A stretch of 64,000 bases of DNA, taken from positions 80,415 to 144,414 of the forward strand of contig CAAGID010000030.1 of the NCBI GenBank assembly GCA_900769815.1, written 5' to 3'. This DNA is from Clostridia bacterium (GTDB lineage Bacteria; Bacillota; Clostridia; Christensenellales; QALW01). Below, piece by piece: positions 48,601 to 56,828 of the stretch. The notes below the pieces were generated by a model. That model worked only from the letters and a program-made list of their open reading frames with translations, was not told the DNA's origin and ran no database searches. The position numbers and the translations under genes were made by a program. Within the stretch, counting starts at the first letter, position 1, and every line of letters begins with the position of its first letter.

Positions 48601-48838
48601 ATCGAAGAATTTTTGCGATGTACTCTAAAGTCAAAGGCTCCATATAAACCTTATCTGCAATAGTCGTATCCGTCATAATTGTTGCAGGGTTTGAGTTGCA
48701 CAAAACGACCTCATAGCCTTCCTCTTTAAGTGCAAGACAAGCCTGAGTGCCTGCATAGTCAAATTCAGCTGCCTGACCTATTACGATAGGACCTGAACCT
48801 ATAATAAGAATTTTTTTAATGTCTGTTCTCTTTGCCAT
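45671..48838 (-). CDS. carB: Carbamoyl-phosphate synthase large subunit
   Basis: 1055 aa with duplicated ATP-grasp halves: MAKRTDIKKILIIGSGPIVIGQAAEFDYAGTQA…. Its ATG overlaps the pyrC stop (TAATG). Confidence 0.95.
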   Translation of the reverse strand: MAKRTDIKKILIIGSGPIVIGQAAEFDYAGTQACLALKEEGYEVVLCNSNPATIMTDTTIADKVYMEPLTLEYIAKILRYERPDAIVPGIGGQTGLNLAMQLEKKGVLKECGVELLGTSSESIERAEDRELFKELCQSIGEPTIPSEITYNLEEAKKAAKEIGYPVVLRPAFTLGGTGGGFAYSEEELIEVGINAFKLSPVHQVLIEKSVKGYKEIEFEVMRDSNDHAITICGMENIDPVGVHTGDSLVVAPIMTLSDHDLKMLNDSAIKIIRELKIEGGCNVQFALDPNSSQYYLIEVNPRVSRSSALASKASGYPIARVTAKIAVGMALEDIKIANTNAAFEPSLDYVIAKLPRFPFDKFATAKNTLGTQMKATGEVMGIGSTLEECLLKSVRSLEIGCCHFHLPKFDNMTTEELLDYIKEFKDDNIFAVAELLRRKTDTETLYDITKITRYFLESIKKIVEMEEVLKANNDLETLKKAKTMGFSDKFIAKLWGISEIEVFSMRKASNIFPIFKMVDTCHTNAYIPYFYSSYQGENASKLTDKKKIVVLGAGPIRIGQGVEFDYSTVHAVTTIKNSGYEAIIINNNPETVSTDYTTADKLYFEPLTTEDVMNIIEFEKPEGVIASLGGQTAINLAEPLMARGVKIIGTDCDAIERAENRDSFEKVLEELNIPQPQGRAVTKIEDGINAAKEIGYPVLVRPSFVLGGRAMQIVANEEQLRHYLKTAVEIDEDKPVLVDKYIQGKEVEVDAICDGHDVFVPGIMELVERTGIHSGDSISVYPTFSISDKVKGTILQYAKKLGLGIGIIGLYNIQFIVDENDNVFIIEVNPRSSRTVPFLSKATGYSLADIATEVIMGKSLKEQGIFGIYPNEKNRWYVKVPVFSFNKIRGLDAYLSPEMKSTGEAIGYDDKLNRALYKALQASGMHLQNYGTVFATISDKDKEEALPLIRRFYNLGFNIQATKGTAEYLKANGIRTHVLSKIHEDPDEIPDALRQGHIAYVINTRDIGSGQMTDGYEIRRYATENNVTMFTSLDTVKVLLDVLEETTLTISTIDA

Positions 48839-50055
48839 TATTTTATGCCTCCTGAATTTTTCATATATATCACATTATCGTCTTTAACGGTAATTAAACA
48901 TTGTGCAAAAAGCCTGTCTCCCTTAAAGGGCGTTGCTTTACCTAAGGAAATAAAGTTTTCCGGATCAACAACGTATTCATCACTTAAATCCCATATTGAA
49001 AATCCGTTGTCTTTTATATTGAATCGCTTTTGAGGATTTTTTGCTAAAAGCTCAATTAACTTTTCAAGGGAAATTATATTGTTTTTAACAAGGTGGGTAT
49101 ACATAACTGAAAACGCCGTTTCAAGACCCACTATACCAAATGCACTTTTTTCAAGACCTCTTGATTTTTCCTCAGCAGAGTGAGGTGCGTGGTCGGTAGC
49201 TATCATATCTATGGTGCCGTCAACTACCCCTTCAACTAAAGCCTCTCTGTCACTTATATCTCTTAAAGGAGGATTCATTTTGAATCTGCCGTCCTCCTGT
49301 AAGAAGCTATCGTCTAAAACAAGATAATGAGGTCCCGTTTCGCATGTTACGTCAATACCGTCTTTTTTAGCCTGACAGATAAGTTCAACGCTTTCTTTAC
49401 AAGATATATGGCAAACGTGATATTTTACGCCTGTCTTTTTTGCTAAGTTTAGGTCTCGTTCTATCTGCTTATATTCGCTTTCGGAGCATATACCCTTGTG
49501 ATTGTGTTTTTTTGCATATTCGCCTCTATGAATGTATCCGCCTTCAAGAAGGTCGTTTACCTCACAATGGGCAACTATCATTTTATTTAATTCTTTTGCT
49601 TTTTTCATAGCTTCAAGCATAAGCTCGTCACTTTGTACACCTCTGCCGTCATCGGAATATGCTATAGCAATATCCTTCATTTTTTCAAAGTCAGAAAGTG
49701 TTTCGCCCCTCTGCCCTACGGTAATTGATGCGTAAGGATAAATATCAATAACGGAATCTCTGTCAATTATCTCTTTCTGGACCATTATATTTTCAAAGGA
49801 ATCAGGCACGGGATTCAGGTTAGGCATTGTGCAAACGGAAGTATATCCGCCCTTTGCCGCACATCTTGAGCCTGAAAATATAGTTTCTTTATAAGAAAAA
49901 CCCGGCTCACGAAAGTGCACATGCACGTCGGTAAAGCCGGGAAAAACACAATATTTATCATAATTGTAAAATTTTGAATTCTCAAGAAAAGAGGACACTG
50001 ATGCTATCTGGTGTTCGTTTAAGCCTATACATTTTGCCTTCAAAGTGTCTTTCAT
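48838..50055 (-). CDS. pyrC: Dihydroorotase
   Basis: …PGFTDVHVHFREPG…; …DHAPH…. Start moved to the ATG at 50055 (RBS GAAAGGA), because the track's extension runs through the leader terminator. Confidence 0.88.
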   Translation of the reverse strand: MKDTLKAKCIGLNEHQIASVSSFLENSKFYNYDKYCVFPGFTDVHVHFREPGFSYKETIFSGSRCAAKGGYTSVCTMPNLNPVPDSFENIMVQKEIIDRDSVIDIYPYASITVGQRGETLSDFEKMKDIAIAYSDDGRGVQSDELMLEAMKKAKELNKMIVAHCEVNDLLEGGYIHRGEYAKKHNHKGICSESEYKQIERDLNLAKKTGVKYHVCHISCKESVELICQAKKDGIDVTCETGPHYLVLDDSFLQEDGRFKMNPPLRDISDREALVEGVVDGTIDMIATDHAPHSAEEKSRGLEKSAFGIVGLETAFSVMYTHLVKNNIISLEKLIELLAKNPQKRFNIKDNGFSIWDLSDEYVVDPENFISLGKATPFKGDRLFAQCLITVKDDNVIYMKNSGGIK

Positions 50056-50071
50056 CTTTTTTATCCTTTCA

Positions 50072-50106
50072 CAAAAAAAGCCTTGCCCGTAAAACAGCGG
50101 CAAGAC
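50072..50106 (-). terminator. Intrinsic terminator inside the pyr operon leader (attenuator)
   Basis: Minus strand reads GTCTTGCCGCTGTTTTACGGGCAAGGC followed by TTTTTTTG. It ends 16 nt before the pyrC RBS and lies downstream of the promoter at 50206-50234. Confidence 0.7.
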
Positions 50107-50205
50107 ACACAAAAACCGAACACAACCTGCGCTGTATTCTGAAAAATATTTGCAATCTTACCGATATCACAGTACCGTCTTTTAAAGATTTATTTTACTG
50201 TTAGA

Positions 50206-50234
50206 ATTGTATCACTTTCTGCCTAAAATGTCAA
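50206..50234 (-). promoter_or_regulatory. Sigma-A promoter of the pyr operon (TTGACA-17-TACAAT)
   Basis: Minus strand reads TTGACA (50234-50229), a 17-nt spacer, then TACAAT (50211-50206). Confidence 0.65.
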
Positions 50235-50340
50235 CTTACTTTTGGTGCTTTTTGGGTAATATTATATAATTTTTTACACATATAAAAAGAGTCACAAATG
50301 TGCAGATATGCAAGTGTTTCAGTTGTGTTAAGAAATGCTA

Positions 50341-50372
50341 TAAAAATAAGGATTTTCACAAAGAAAACCCTT
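50341..50372 (-). terminator. Probable rho-independent terminator after the SGNH/DUF4886 gene
   Basis: Minus strand reads AAGGGTTTTC-TTTG-TGAAAATCCTT (10-bp stem, one G-U) followed by ATTTTTAT. Confidence 0.55.
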
Positions 50373-50484
50373 AAATTCACTTATATCCAACGTTAAATTT
50401 CTTATGATGTTCTTCTCAGCTTCTGTCATGTTAAATACGACGAATACGGCACATCGCTTTCACGGTTTTATATTCTTTTTTTAT

Positions 50485-51195
50485 TTATAATTCCATTATA
50501 CATTTTTTTGCTATGGTAATTTCTTTTTCTGTTATAGGTTCATCAAAGTCGTCAAAAGAATTCTCAGTAATATTGGCACCTGTAAAAGTACGCAACCATA
50601 ATAATGCCAATGCATATCTACCGATGCCAAAAGAAGCGTGCATTGTATCAAGATGCAAATTATCCACTCCTGAATGAAGCAGATTTATAAAAAGTCTTCC
50701 CGAAGGAATAATTCCGTCTGCCTTTTTTGAAGCTTCTATATATGCTTCGTGGATTTTTTCATACATCTCCTCCGGTGTATTGAATCCCTCGTTTTTAAGA
50801 CGTGCTGAATCTTTTTCATATGCCCACGTTTCGTGAAGATATATTTTTGCCTTTGGTGCAAGATTTCTTATGTATGCAATAAGTTCAGTTAAATAGGGTT
50901 CAAAACTATCATAAATATAAGAATATCCACTTACTTGTTGAAGCGTTATATAATCCCACTGTCTTGATAAAAGGGCTTCTTTTATAGACATATTATAGCC
51001 TGAACCGTGACCGTTTATTGCTAATGCATATGCTTTTTCGCCACTATGCATATTTACAAAATGCTTATATAATGAGCAGCCACCGATAACAAGATTCGTA
51101 GTATGAAAATTTTTATATCCTTGTTTTTTTGCCATTTCATAAAGATATCTTGTTGCATCCTGTGAAAAGCTGTTTCCAATTGATAAAATATTCAT
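50485..51195 (-). CDS. SGNH/GDSL-like hydrolase family protein (DUF4886-like)
   Basis: MNILSIGNSFSQDATRYL… (GNSFS block I) and …ITLQQVSG…; 236 aa. Confidence 0.65.
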   Translation of the reverse strand: MNILSIGNSFSQDATRYLYEMAKKQGYKNFHTTNLVIGGCSLYKHFVNMHSGEKAYALAINGHGSGYNMSIKEALLSRQWDYITLQQVSGYSYIYDSFEPYLTELIAYIRNLAPKAKIYLHETWAYEKDSARLKNEGFNTPEEMYEKIHEAYIEASKKADGIIPSGRLFINLLHSGVDNLHLDTMHASFGIGRYALALLWLRTFTGANITENSFDDFDEPITEKEITIAKKCIMEL

Positions 51196-51223
51196 TTTAT
51201 TCTCCTATTAAATATTTTTTCAT

Positions 51224-51252
51224 ATTATATCATACACCATTCCCGTTTTCAA
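51224..51252 (-). promoter_or_regulatory. Sigma-A promoter with extended -10 (TTGAAA-17-TGaTATAAT) for the SGNH gene
   Basis: Minus strand reads TTGAAA (51252-51247), a 17-nt spacer, then TATAAT (51229-51224) preceded by TGA. Confidence 0.6.
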
Positions 51253-51265
51253 GAAATTTTTCTTT

Positions 51266-52297
51266 CTAAAAGCATTTTTTCTGTACATTTGCACCTAATT
51301 CTTCACACTTACCGCAACGGTAGCAGACTTCATTATCACAAATATCCTTTTCAAAGTAATTTATGATATTGGAAATGGTAGTTTCAGCAATATTATCTAA
51401 CGCTTCATTAGTTAAAAATGCCTGATGAGAAGTAACGATAACGTTAGGCATTGAAATAAGCCTTAGAAGCGTATCGTCGGTGATGATATTTTCCGATAAA
51501 TCCTCAAAAAAGAATTCTGATTCCTCTTCATAAACGTCAAGGCAGGCAGCACCGATTTTCTTTGTACGAATGCCTTCAATAAGAGCTTCAGTATCTATAA
51601 GTGCACCACGAGATGTATTGACTATAACTACCCCATCCTTTAATTTTCCCATAGTTTCGCTATTTAACATATGTCGTGTTTCTTCGGTTAACGGACAATG
51701 AAAGGATATAATATCACTTTTTTCATAAAGCTCATCAAGGGAAACGTAGTTAATATCACTATCCTTTATGGGGAATTTATCATAGGCGATAATATTCATA
51801 TTAAAACCTTTGCAGATGTCCATAAATACTCTGCCGATTTTACCGGTACCTACTATGCCTATGGTTTTATTAAAAAGGTCAAAGCCCGTCATAGAGTTAA
51901 GGGAAAAATTAAAATCACGAGTGCGAATATATGCTTTATGAGTTTTTCTTACCTGTGTTAACAATAGTGCCATAGCGTGCTCGGCTACCGCATAAGGCGA
52001 ATATGCAGGCACACGCATTATATGAAGCTTTTTAAAGGCATGCTTTATGTCAACATTATTATAGCCTGCACAGCGTAAGGCTATGATTTTCACGCCCATT
52101 TCATATAATTTATCTATTACAGATGCATTGACAGTATCGTTTACAAACACGCAAACGCCTTGACAGCCTTGTGCAAGATTTACCGTATCAACATTTAATT
52201 TCGTATCATAAAACTTAAAATTTATGCCCTTTTCTTTTCCGAACTTTTCAAAATGAACAATATCGTAGGGCTTTGCATCAAAAAATGCTATATTCAT
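51266..52297 (-). CDS. ldhA: D-lactate dehydrogenase / D-isomer-specific 2-hydroxyacid dehydrogenase with Cys-rich C-terminal tail
   Basis: MNIAFFDAKPYD…GIVGTGKIGRVF… (NAD motif), …TSRG…, …SHQAF…. Start at the ATG at 52297 (GGTGA 5 nt upstream). The tail is …CDNEVCYRCGKCEELGANVQKKCF. Confidence 0.85.
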   Translation of the reverse strand: MNIAFFDAKPYDIVHFEKFGKEKGINFKFYDTKLNVDTVNLAQGCQGVCVFVNDTVNASVIDKLYEMGVKIIALRCAGYNNVDIKHAFKKLHIMRVPAYSPYAVAEHAMALLLTQVRKTHKAYIRTRDFNFSLNSMTGFDLFNKTIGIVGTGKIGRVFMDICKGFNMNIIAYDKFPIKDSDINYVSLDELYEKSDIISFHCPLTEETRHMLNSETMGKLKDGVVIVNTSRGALIDTEALIEGIRTKKIGAACLDVYEEESEFFFEDLSENIITDDTLLRLISMPNVIVTSHQAFLTNEALDNIAETTISNIINYFEKDICDNEVCYRCGKCEELGANVQKKCF

Positions 52298-52340
52298 ACT
52301 AATCACCACGTTTATTATTTGTTTTAAAAATGCAAATTAT

Positions 52341-52369
52341 GAAAAAAGTGCCGAAATTTTTTCGGCACC
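52341..52369 (-). terminator. Rho-independent terminator after ispH-rpsA
   Basis: Minus strand reads GGTGCCGAAAAAATTTCGGCAC followed by TTTTTTCAT. Confidence 0.8.
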
Positions 52370-52376
52370 TTTTAAA

Positions 52377-54344
52377 TTATTCTTCTACAGTTTCTTCTTC
52401 AATTTCTTCAATTTCTTCAATTTCTTCAGCTTCTTCTTCATCAGCAAGAAGTGCTTTGATTGAAAGGCTGATACGCTTTTCTTCAGGGTCAACACTCAAA
52501 ACAAGTGCTTCGATTTCCTGGCCAACCTTAACTGCCTCGTCAACCTTCTGAACGTACTTGTTGGAAACTTCGGAGATATGTACCAAACCGTCGATTCCGG
52601 GCTCAAGTGCTACGAATGCACCAAAGGATGTAATGCGAACAACTGTGCCCTTAACAACTGAATCAACTGCATATTTTTCAACTGCAGTATCCCAGGGCTT
52701 GGGCTGAAGCTGCTTATAACCAAGAGAAATTCTTTCATTCTCTCTATCAAGTGAAAGGATTGTAACCTCAACTTCCTGGTTAACCTTAAGTACGTCTTCA
52801 GGCTTATTGATGCGATACCATGCAATATCACCGATATGAATAAGACCGTCAACTCCGCCAAGGTCAACAAATGCACCGAAATCGGTAAGTCTTCTTACAA
52901 CACCTGTTACGGTTGCACCTTCGCTGAGCTTTGACCAAGCTGCTTCTAAGGCTGCCTCTCTTTCTTCCTTAATAATTGTGCCGTGTGTAGCAACAACTTT
53001 ACGATGCTTTAAATCAATATCAATGGCACGAACACGAAGTGTCTGACCTACATAGCGGTCAACATCCTTTGCAAAGCCATTGGCACGAATCTGTGAACGG
53101 GGAATAAATACGCGGATACCATTATAATCAGCGGTAAGTCCGCCCTTAACTGCTTCCTTAACTGTTACCTCGAAAATTTCTCCGTTGGAAATAGTCTGCA
53201 GGGTCTTGTCAGCCTCAAGACGAGCTATAACTTTTTTTCTTGAGAGAATAACATTACCGTTGCCATCATTAACCTTAACTACCTCAACTTCGATTTCGTC
53301 GCCCTCTTTAAAGAGTGCTTTAGGGTCTTCGGCACCGGAGGCTGTTAATTCCTCTTTGGTAATCAAGCCGTCAGCTTTATACCCGATATCTACGCTTACT
53401 TCGTCTTCTTTAGCATAGATAACCTTACCCGTAATAATCTGACCGGGACGGATTTTTACCAGAGTTTTGTCCATTTCTTCTTCAAAACTAAGGTTTTCTG
53501 CAAAAATTTCATTTTCGCTCATTTTCTCCACAACCTCCTTTATTAACCAATCCGGGGTGGAAGCACCGGCGGTTATACCTATGATATCGTTTTTATATGT
53601 TTTTATAGTTAAAACGTCGTTAACCGTTTCAACCGCATAGGTCCTTAAACAAAATTCACTGCATATTTTATACAGTTTGGCAGTGTTTGAGCTTTGTTTT
53701 CCGCCTATTACAACCATCACGTCAACCTGTTTTGCTATATCCATAGCCTCGCTCTGACGCTGTCCCGTTGCATCGCAGATAGTATCAAACACGTTTATTT
53801 CGCCTGAGTATTTTTCTTTTATAGCCTTGACTATATTTTCAAATAAATCTCTGCGGGTGGTTGTCTGCACAACTACACACAAAGCTTTTTCAGTTTCAGG
53901 AAGTTTTGAAACCTCCTCAACGCTGTTTATAATAAACCCCTTATTTTCGCAATGGCCGTTTATGCCTATTACCTCAGGATGAGTTTTCTCGCCTATTATA
54001 ACAATAAACTGATTATTTAGCAAAGCTTTTTCAACAATTTTCTGTATTCTTCTTACAAAAGGACACGTTGCATCAATAATCTCAACGTTTTTTTGATAAA
54101 AAGCCTCAATTTCCGACTTTGGTGCACCGTGACTTCTTATAATAACTGCACCCTCAAAAACTTCATCAGCATTATTTATAGGATACACTCCGTTATCCTT
54201 AAAACCCTTTACCACCTGCGGATTATGAATTATCTCCCCTAAGGTATAAAGCTTTTTATATTTTCCCATACTATTTTCAACAGTTTCAACTGCTTTTTTT
54301 ACCCCGAAGCAAAAGCCTGCACTTTTGGCAATTATAAATTTCAT
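52377..54344 (-). CDS. ispH: Bifunctional 4-hydroxy-3-methylbut-2-enyl diphosphate reductase (IspH) / ribosomal protein S1-domain fusion
   Basis: The N-terminal ~280 aa is IspH (MKFIIAKSAGFCFGVKKAV…). The C-terminal part has four S1 domains and an acidic tail EEEAEEIEEIEEIEEETVEE. As I recall, this fusion is common in Clostridia. Confidence 0.9.
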   Translation of the reverse strand: MKFIIAKSAGFCFGVKKAVETVENSMGKYKKLYTLGEIIHNPQVVKGFKDNGVYPINNADEVFEGAVIIRSHGAPKSEIEAFYQKNVEIIDATCPFVRRIQKIVEKALLNNQFIVIIGEKTHPEVIGINGHCENKGFIINSVEEVSKLPETEKALCVVVQTTTRRDLFENIVKAIKEKYSGEINVFDTICDATGQRQSEAMDIAKQVDVMVVIGGKQSSNTAKLYKICSEFCLRTYAVETVNDVLTIKTYKNDIIGITAGASTPDWLIKEVVEKMSENEIFAENLSFEEEMDKTLVKIRPGQIITGKVIYAKEDEVSVDIGYKADGLITKEELTASGAEDPKALFKEGDEIEVEVVKVNDGNGNVILSRKKVIARLEADKTLQTISNGEIFEVTVKEAVKGGLTADYNGIRVFIPRSQIRANGFAKDVDRYVGQTLRVRAIDIDLKHRKVVATHGTIIKEEREAALEAAWSKLSEGATVTGVVRRLTDFGAFVDLGGVDGLIHIGDIAWYRINKPEDVLKVNQEVEVTILSLDRENERISLGYKQLQPKPWDTAVEKYAVDSVVKGTVVRITSFGAFVALEPGIDGLVHISEVSNKYVQKVDEAVKVGQEIEALVLSVDPEEKRISLSIKALLADEEEAEEIEEIEEIEEETVEE

Positions 54345-54928
54345 TGATTTTCCTCTAACAAGCTATTCATTGATTTATAGGCAAGCTCGGTAAACTCACT
54401 TAACACCTGTGAATTTGCTTTTTTGCCTGCAAATGAACTTAAATCAAGAGGTTTCCCAATATAAAGAGTGTTTTTCTTGAAAAATTTAGGCTTGCTTTTA
54501 AACATCATCGGAATAACTGTGCTTTGATTTTTAAGAGCAAACATTCCCGTACCTGAGTGCATTTCCTCAAGTTTTATATATGGACTGTCAGTTCTTGTGC
54601 CCTGAGGAAAAATCATAAGGTTATTGCCGTCTTTTAACAAATTACAGGCGTGCTTTATTGCTTTAAGGTCAGCAGTCTCCCTATCAACGGGGAAAACACG
54701 CACTTCCTTTAATACCCACGCAAAAAACTTATTTTTAAATATCTCTTTTTTGGCAATAAAATGAGTATTTGAGGGAAGATGTGCAAGTAAAATTACCATA
54801 TCGGTAATACTTTGATGATTGCACATATATACAGTATTGCGTTTTGTAATATTCTCTTTGCCGTAAACCTTACAGGGTACGACAAGTCTTAAAATAGTAG
54901 CAATAATGCTAACAAGCCATCTGAGCAT
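54341..54928 (-). CDS. plsC: 1-acyl-sn-glycerol-3-phosphate acyltransferase
   Basis: …CNHQSITD… (NHxxxxD) and …FPQGTR…; 195 aa. Confidence 0.85.
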   Translation of the reverse strand: MLRWLVSIIATILRLVVPCKVYGKENITKRNTVYMCNHQSITDMVILLAHLPSNTHFIAKKEIFKNKFFAWVLKEVRVFPVDRETADLKAIKHACNLLKDGNNLMIFPQGTRTDSPYIKLEEMHSGTGMFALKNQSTVIPMMFKSKPKFFKKNTLYIGKPLDLSSFAGKKANSQVLSEFTELAYKSMNSLLEENQ

Positions 54929-55588
54929 TTATTTACCTTCTTTGATAACGTTTATGATAAAATTCTCAACTTCCTCAATTGTCATATGAGTGCTGTCAAC
55001 AAGAACGGCGTCTTCTGCCTGCCTTAAAGGCGAAAATTCACGGTGAGAGTCATTATAATCCCTCTGTTCAATTTCCTCCTGAATCTTTTTAACGTCAACC
55101 GTCTGACCCTTTTCTTCAAGCTCCTTTGCTCTGCGACGGGCACGCTCAGAAGAATCCGCAGTAAGATAAAATTTAAAATCAGCGTCAGGTAGAACGCAAG
55201 TACCAATATCTCTGCCGTCTAAAATACAATCGTTCTGTCTTGCAGTTTTCTGCTGCATTTTAACTAAAAACACACGTACCGGCTGTAATGCGGAAAAATC
55301 AGAAGCAGCCTTTGAAACGGCGTTTTCACGGATCCTTAAGGAAACATCCTCGCCCTTAAGATACATTTTCTGCATACCCTCTTCATACTTAACTAAAAGG
55401 TCAATATTTTTAAGTGCTTCTTCGACCTTTTCAGTTTCCTTAACGGTAATTCCGTTATCAAGCATATGAAGTGCTACGGCACGGTACATTGCACCCGTAT
55501 CAAGATACATTATGTTAAGTTTTTTGCTTATTGCCTTTGCAACTGTGCTTTTACCTGCACCTGCAGGACCATCAAGAGCTATTTTCAT
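54929..55588 (-). CDS. cmk: Cytidylate kinase
   Basis: MKIALDGPAGAGKSTVAK…YLDTGAMYR…. Start moved to the ATG at 55588 (RBS TAGGAGAA). Confidence 0.92.
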   Translation of the reverse strand: MKIALDGPAGAGKSTVAKAISKKLNIMYLDTGAMYRAVALHMLDNGITVKETEKVEEALKNIDLLVKYEEGMQKMYLKGEDVSLRIRENAVSKAASDFSALQPVRVFLVKMQQKTARQNDCILDGRDIGTCVLPDADFKFYLTADSSERARRRAKELEEKGQTVDVKKIQEEIEQRDYNDSHREFSPLRQAEDAVLVDSTHMTIEEVENFIINVIKEGK

Positions 55589-55598
55589 AAAAATTCTC

Positions 55599-56828
55599 CT
55601 AACACGATATGCCTGCCAGATAACCTGTTGATAAGGCAAGCTGAATATTAAATCCACCCGTTAAGGCATCTATGTCTATCATTTCGCCTGCAAAATACAG
55701 GTCTTTAATAATTTTGCTTTCCATTGTTGAGGGGTCGATTTCCTTAACGTTTATACCGCCCCTTGTTATTATTGCTTCGTTTATAGGTCTTAACCCATCA
55801 ACGGGAATCTCAAGATTTTTAAGGGTTTTTATAAGCCTTTGTCTTTCTTCCTGCTTAAGCTGATTTACAGGCTGGTCGTCCTTTAACCCTGCATTAAGAA
55901 GCACTGCAGAAATTAATCGTGAAGGCAGTAATTTGACGCAGGTATTTTTTAAGGTTTTGTTGCCTGCTTCTTTGAAATCTCTTAAAACACGAGCATCGAG
56001 CTGATCATAATTCAAGCCCGGTTTTAAATCAACAGTAACCTTTAATTTTGAAAAATCATATTTGGTAAGCTTACTGCTTAAGGTTAAAACAAGGGGACCT
56101 GAAATGCCAAAGTGAGTAAAAAGCATTTCGCCTAATTCTTCATAAAGCTTTCTGCCGTTATATTCAGCCTTCAGCGTTACGTTTTTAAGGGAAAGTCCCA
56201 TAAGACTGTGTACCCATTTTTCACTTGAAGTAAGAGGAATTAAAGAAGGTATAAAATCTTCTACCTTATGCCCCATTTCTTCAAGCTTACTTTTCCACAA
56301 ACCGTCAGAGCCCGTTGAAATGTAAGATGCACCGCCTAAGGCAAGAATCACCTTATTGCAGGAATATACTCTGCCGTTATATTTAACACCCGTTACCTTA
56401 TTATCGGCAATGATGATATCTTCTAATTTAGTATTTAATAAGACCTTTGCCCCTGAATTTTTAAGATACTTTTCAAAGGCTTTTATTATGTCGCTTGATT
56501 TATCGCTTACGGGAAAAACGCGATTGCCTCTTTCTGTTTTAAGGGGTGTGCCGTTTTCTTCAATAAGATTCATTACGCTGTCAGGGGTAAAAGTATATAC
56601 TGCAGAATAACAGAAGTTTGAATTCTTGGAGATATTAAGAAAGAAATCCTCAATATCGCAGGCATTTGTAACGTTACATCTGCCCTTACCGGTTATAAAC
56701 ATTTTTTTAAAAAGTTTTTCGTTCTTTTCAATCAAGGTAACATCAGCCCCTTGATATGCCGCCTGAGCCGCCGCAATTACGCCTGCAGGGCCGCCGCCTA
56801 TAACGTAAATCTTACTTCTTTCCTGCAT
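55599..56828 (-). CDS. HI0933-family FAD-dependent oxidoreductase (aminoacetone-oxidase-like flavoprotein)
   Basis: …IYVIGGGPAGVIAAAQAA…TGKGRCNVTN…YFAGEMIDIDALTGGFNIQLA…. Start at the ATG at 56828. Confidence 0.8.
   Translation of the reverse strand: MQERSKIYVIGGGPAGVIAAAQAAYQGADVTLIEKNEKLFKKMFITGKGRCNVTNACDIEDFFLNISKNSNFCYSAVYTFTPDSVMNLIEENGTPLKTERGNRVFPVSDKSSDIIKAFEKYLKNSGAKVLLNTKLEDIIIADNKVTGVKYNGRVYSCNKVILALGGASYISTGSDGLWKSKLEEMGHKVEDFIPSLIPLTSSEKWVHSLMGLSLKNVTLKAEYNGRKLYEELGEMLFTHFGISGPLVLTLSSKLTKYDFSKLKVTVDLKPGLNYDQLDARVLRDFKEAGNKTLKNTCVKLLPSRLISAVLLNAGLKDDQPVNQLKQEERQRLIKTLKNLEIPVDGLRPINEAIITRGGINVKEIDPSTMESKIIKDLYFAGEMIDIDALTGGFNIQLALSTGYLAGISC

Noticed and set aside
50328-50429. 33-codon minus-strand ORF (MTEAEKNIIRNLTLDISEFKGFLCENPYFYSIS) between the SGNH gene and the pyr promoter
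   Set aside because: No Shine-Dalgarno sequence lies upstream, and the ORF reads straight through the terminator hairpin at 50341-50372. It is probably non-coding.
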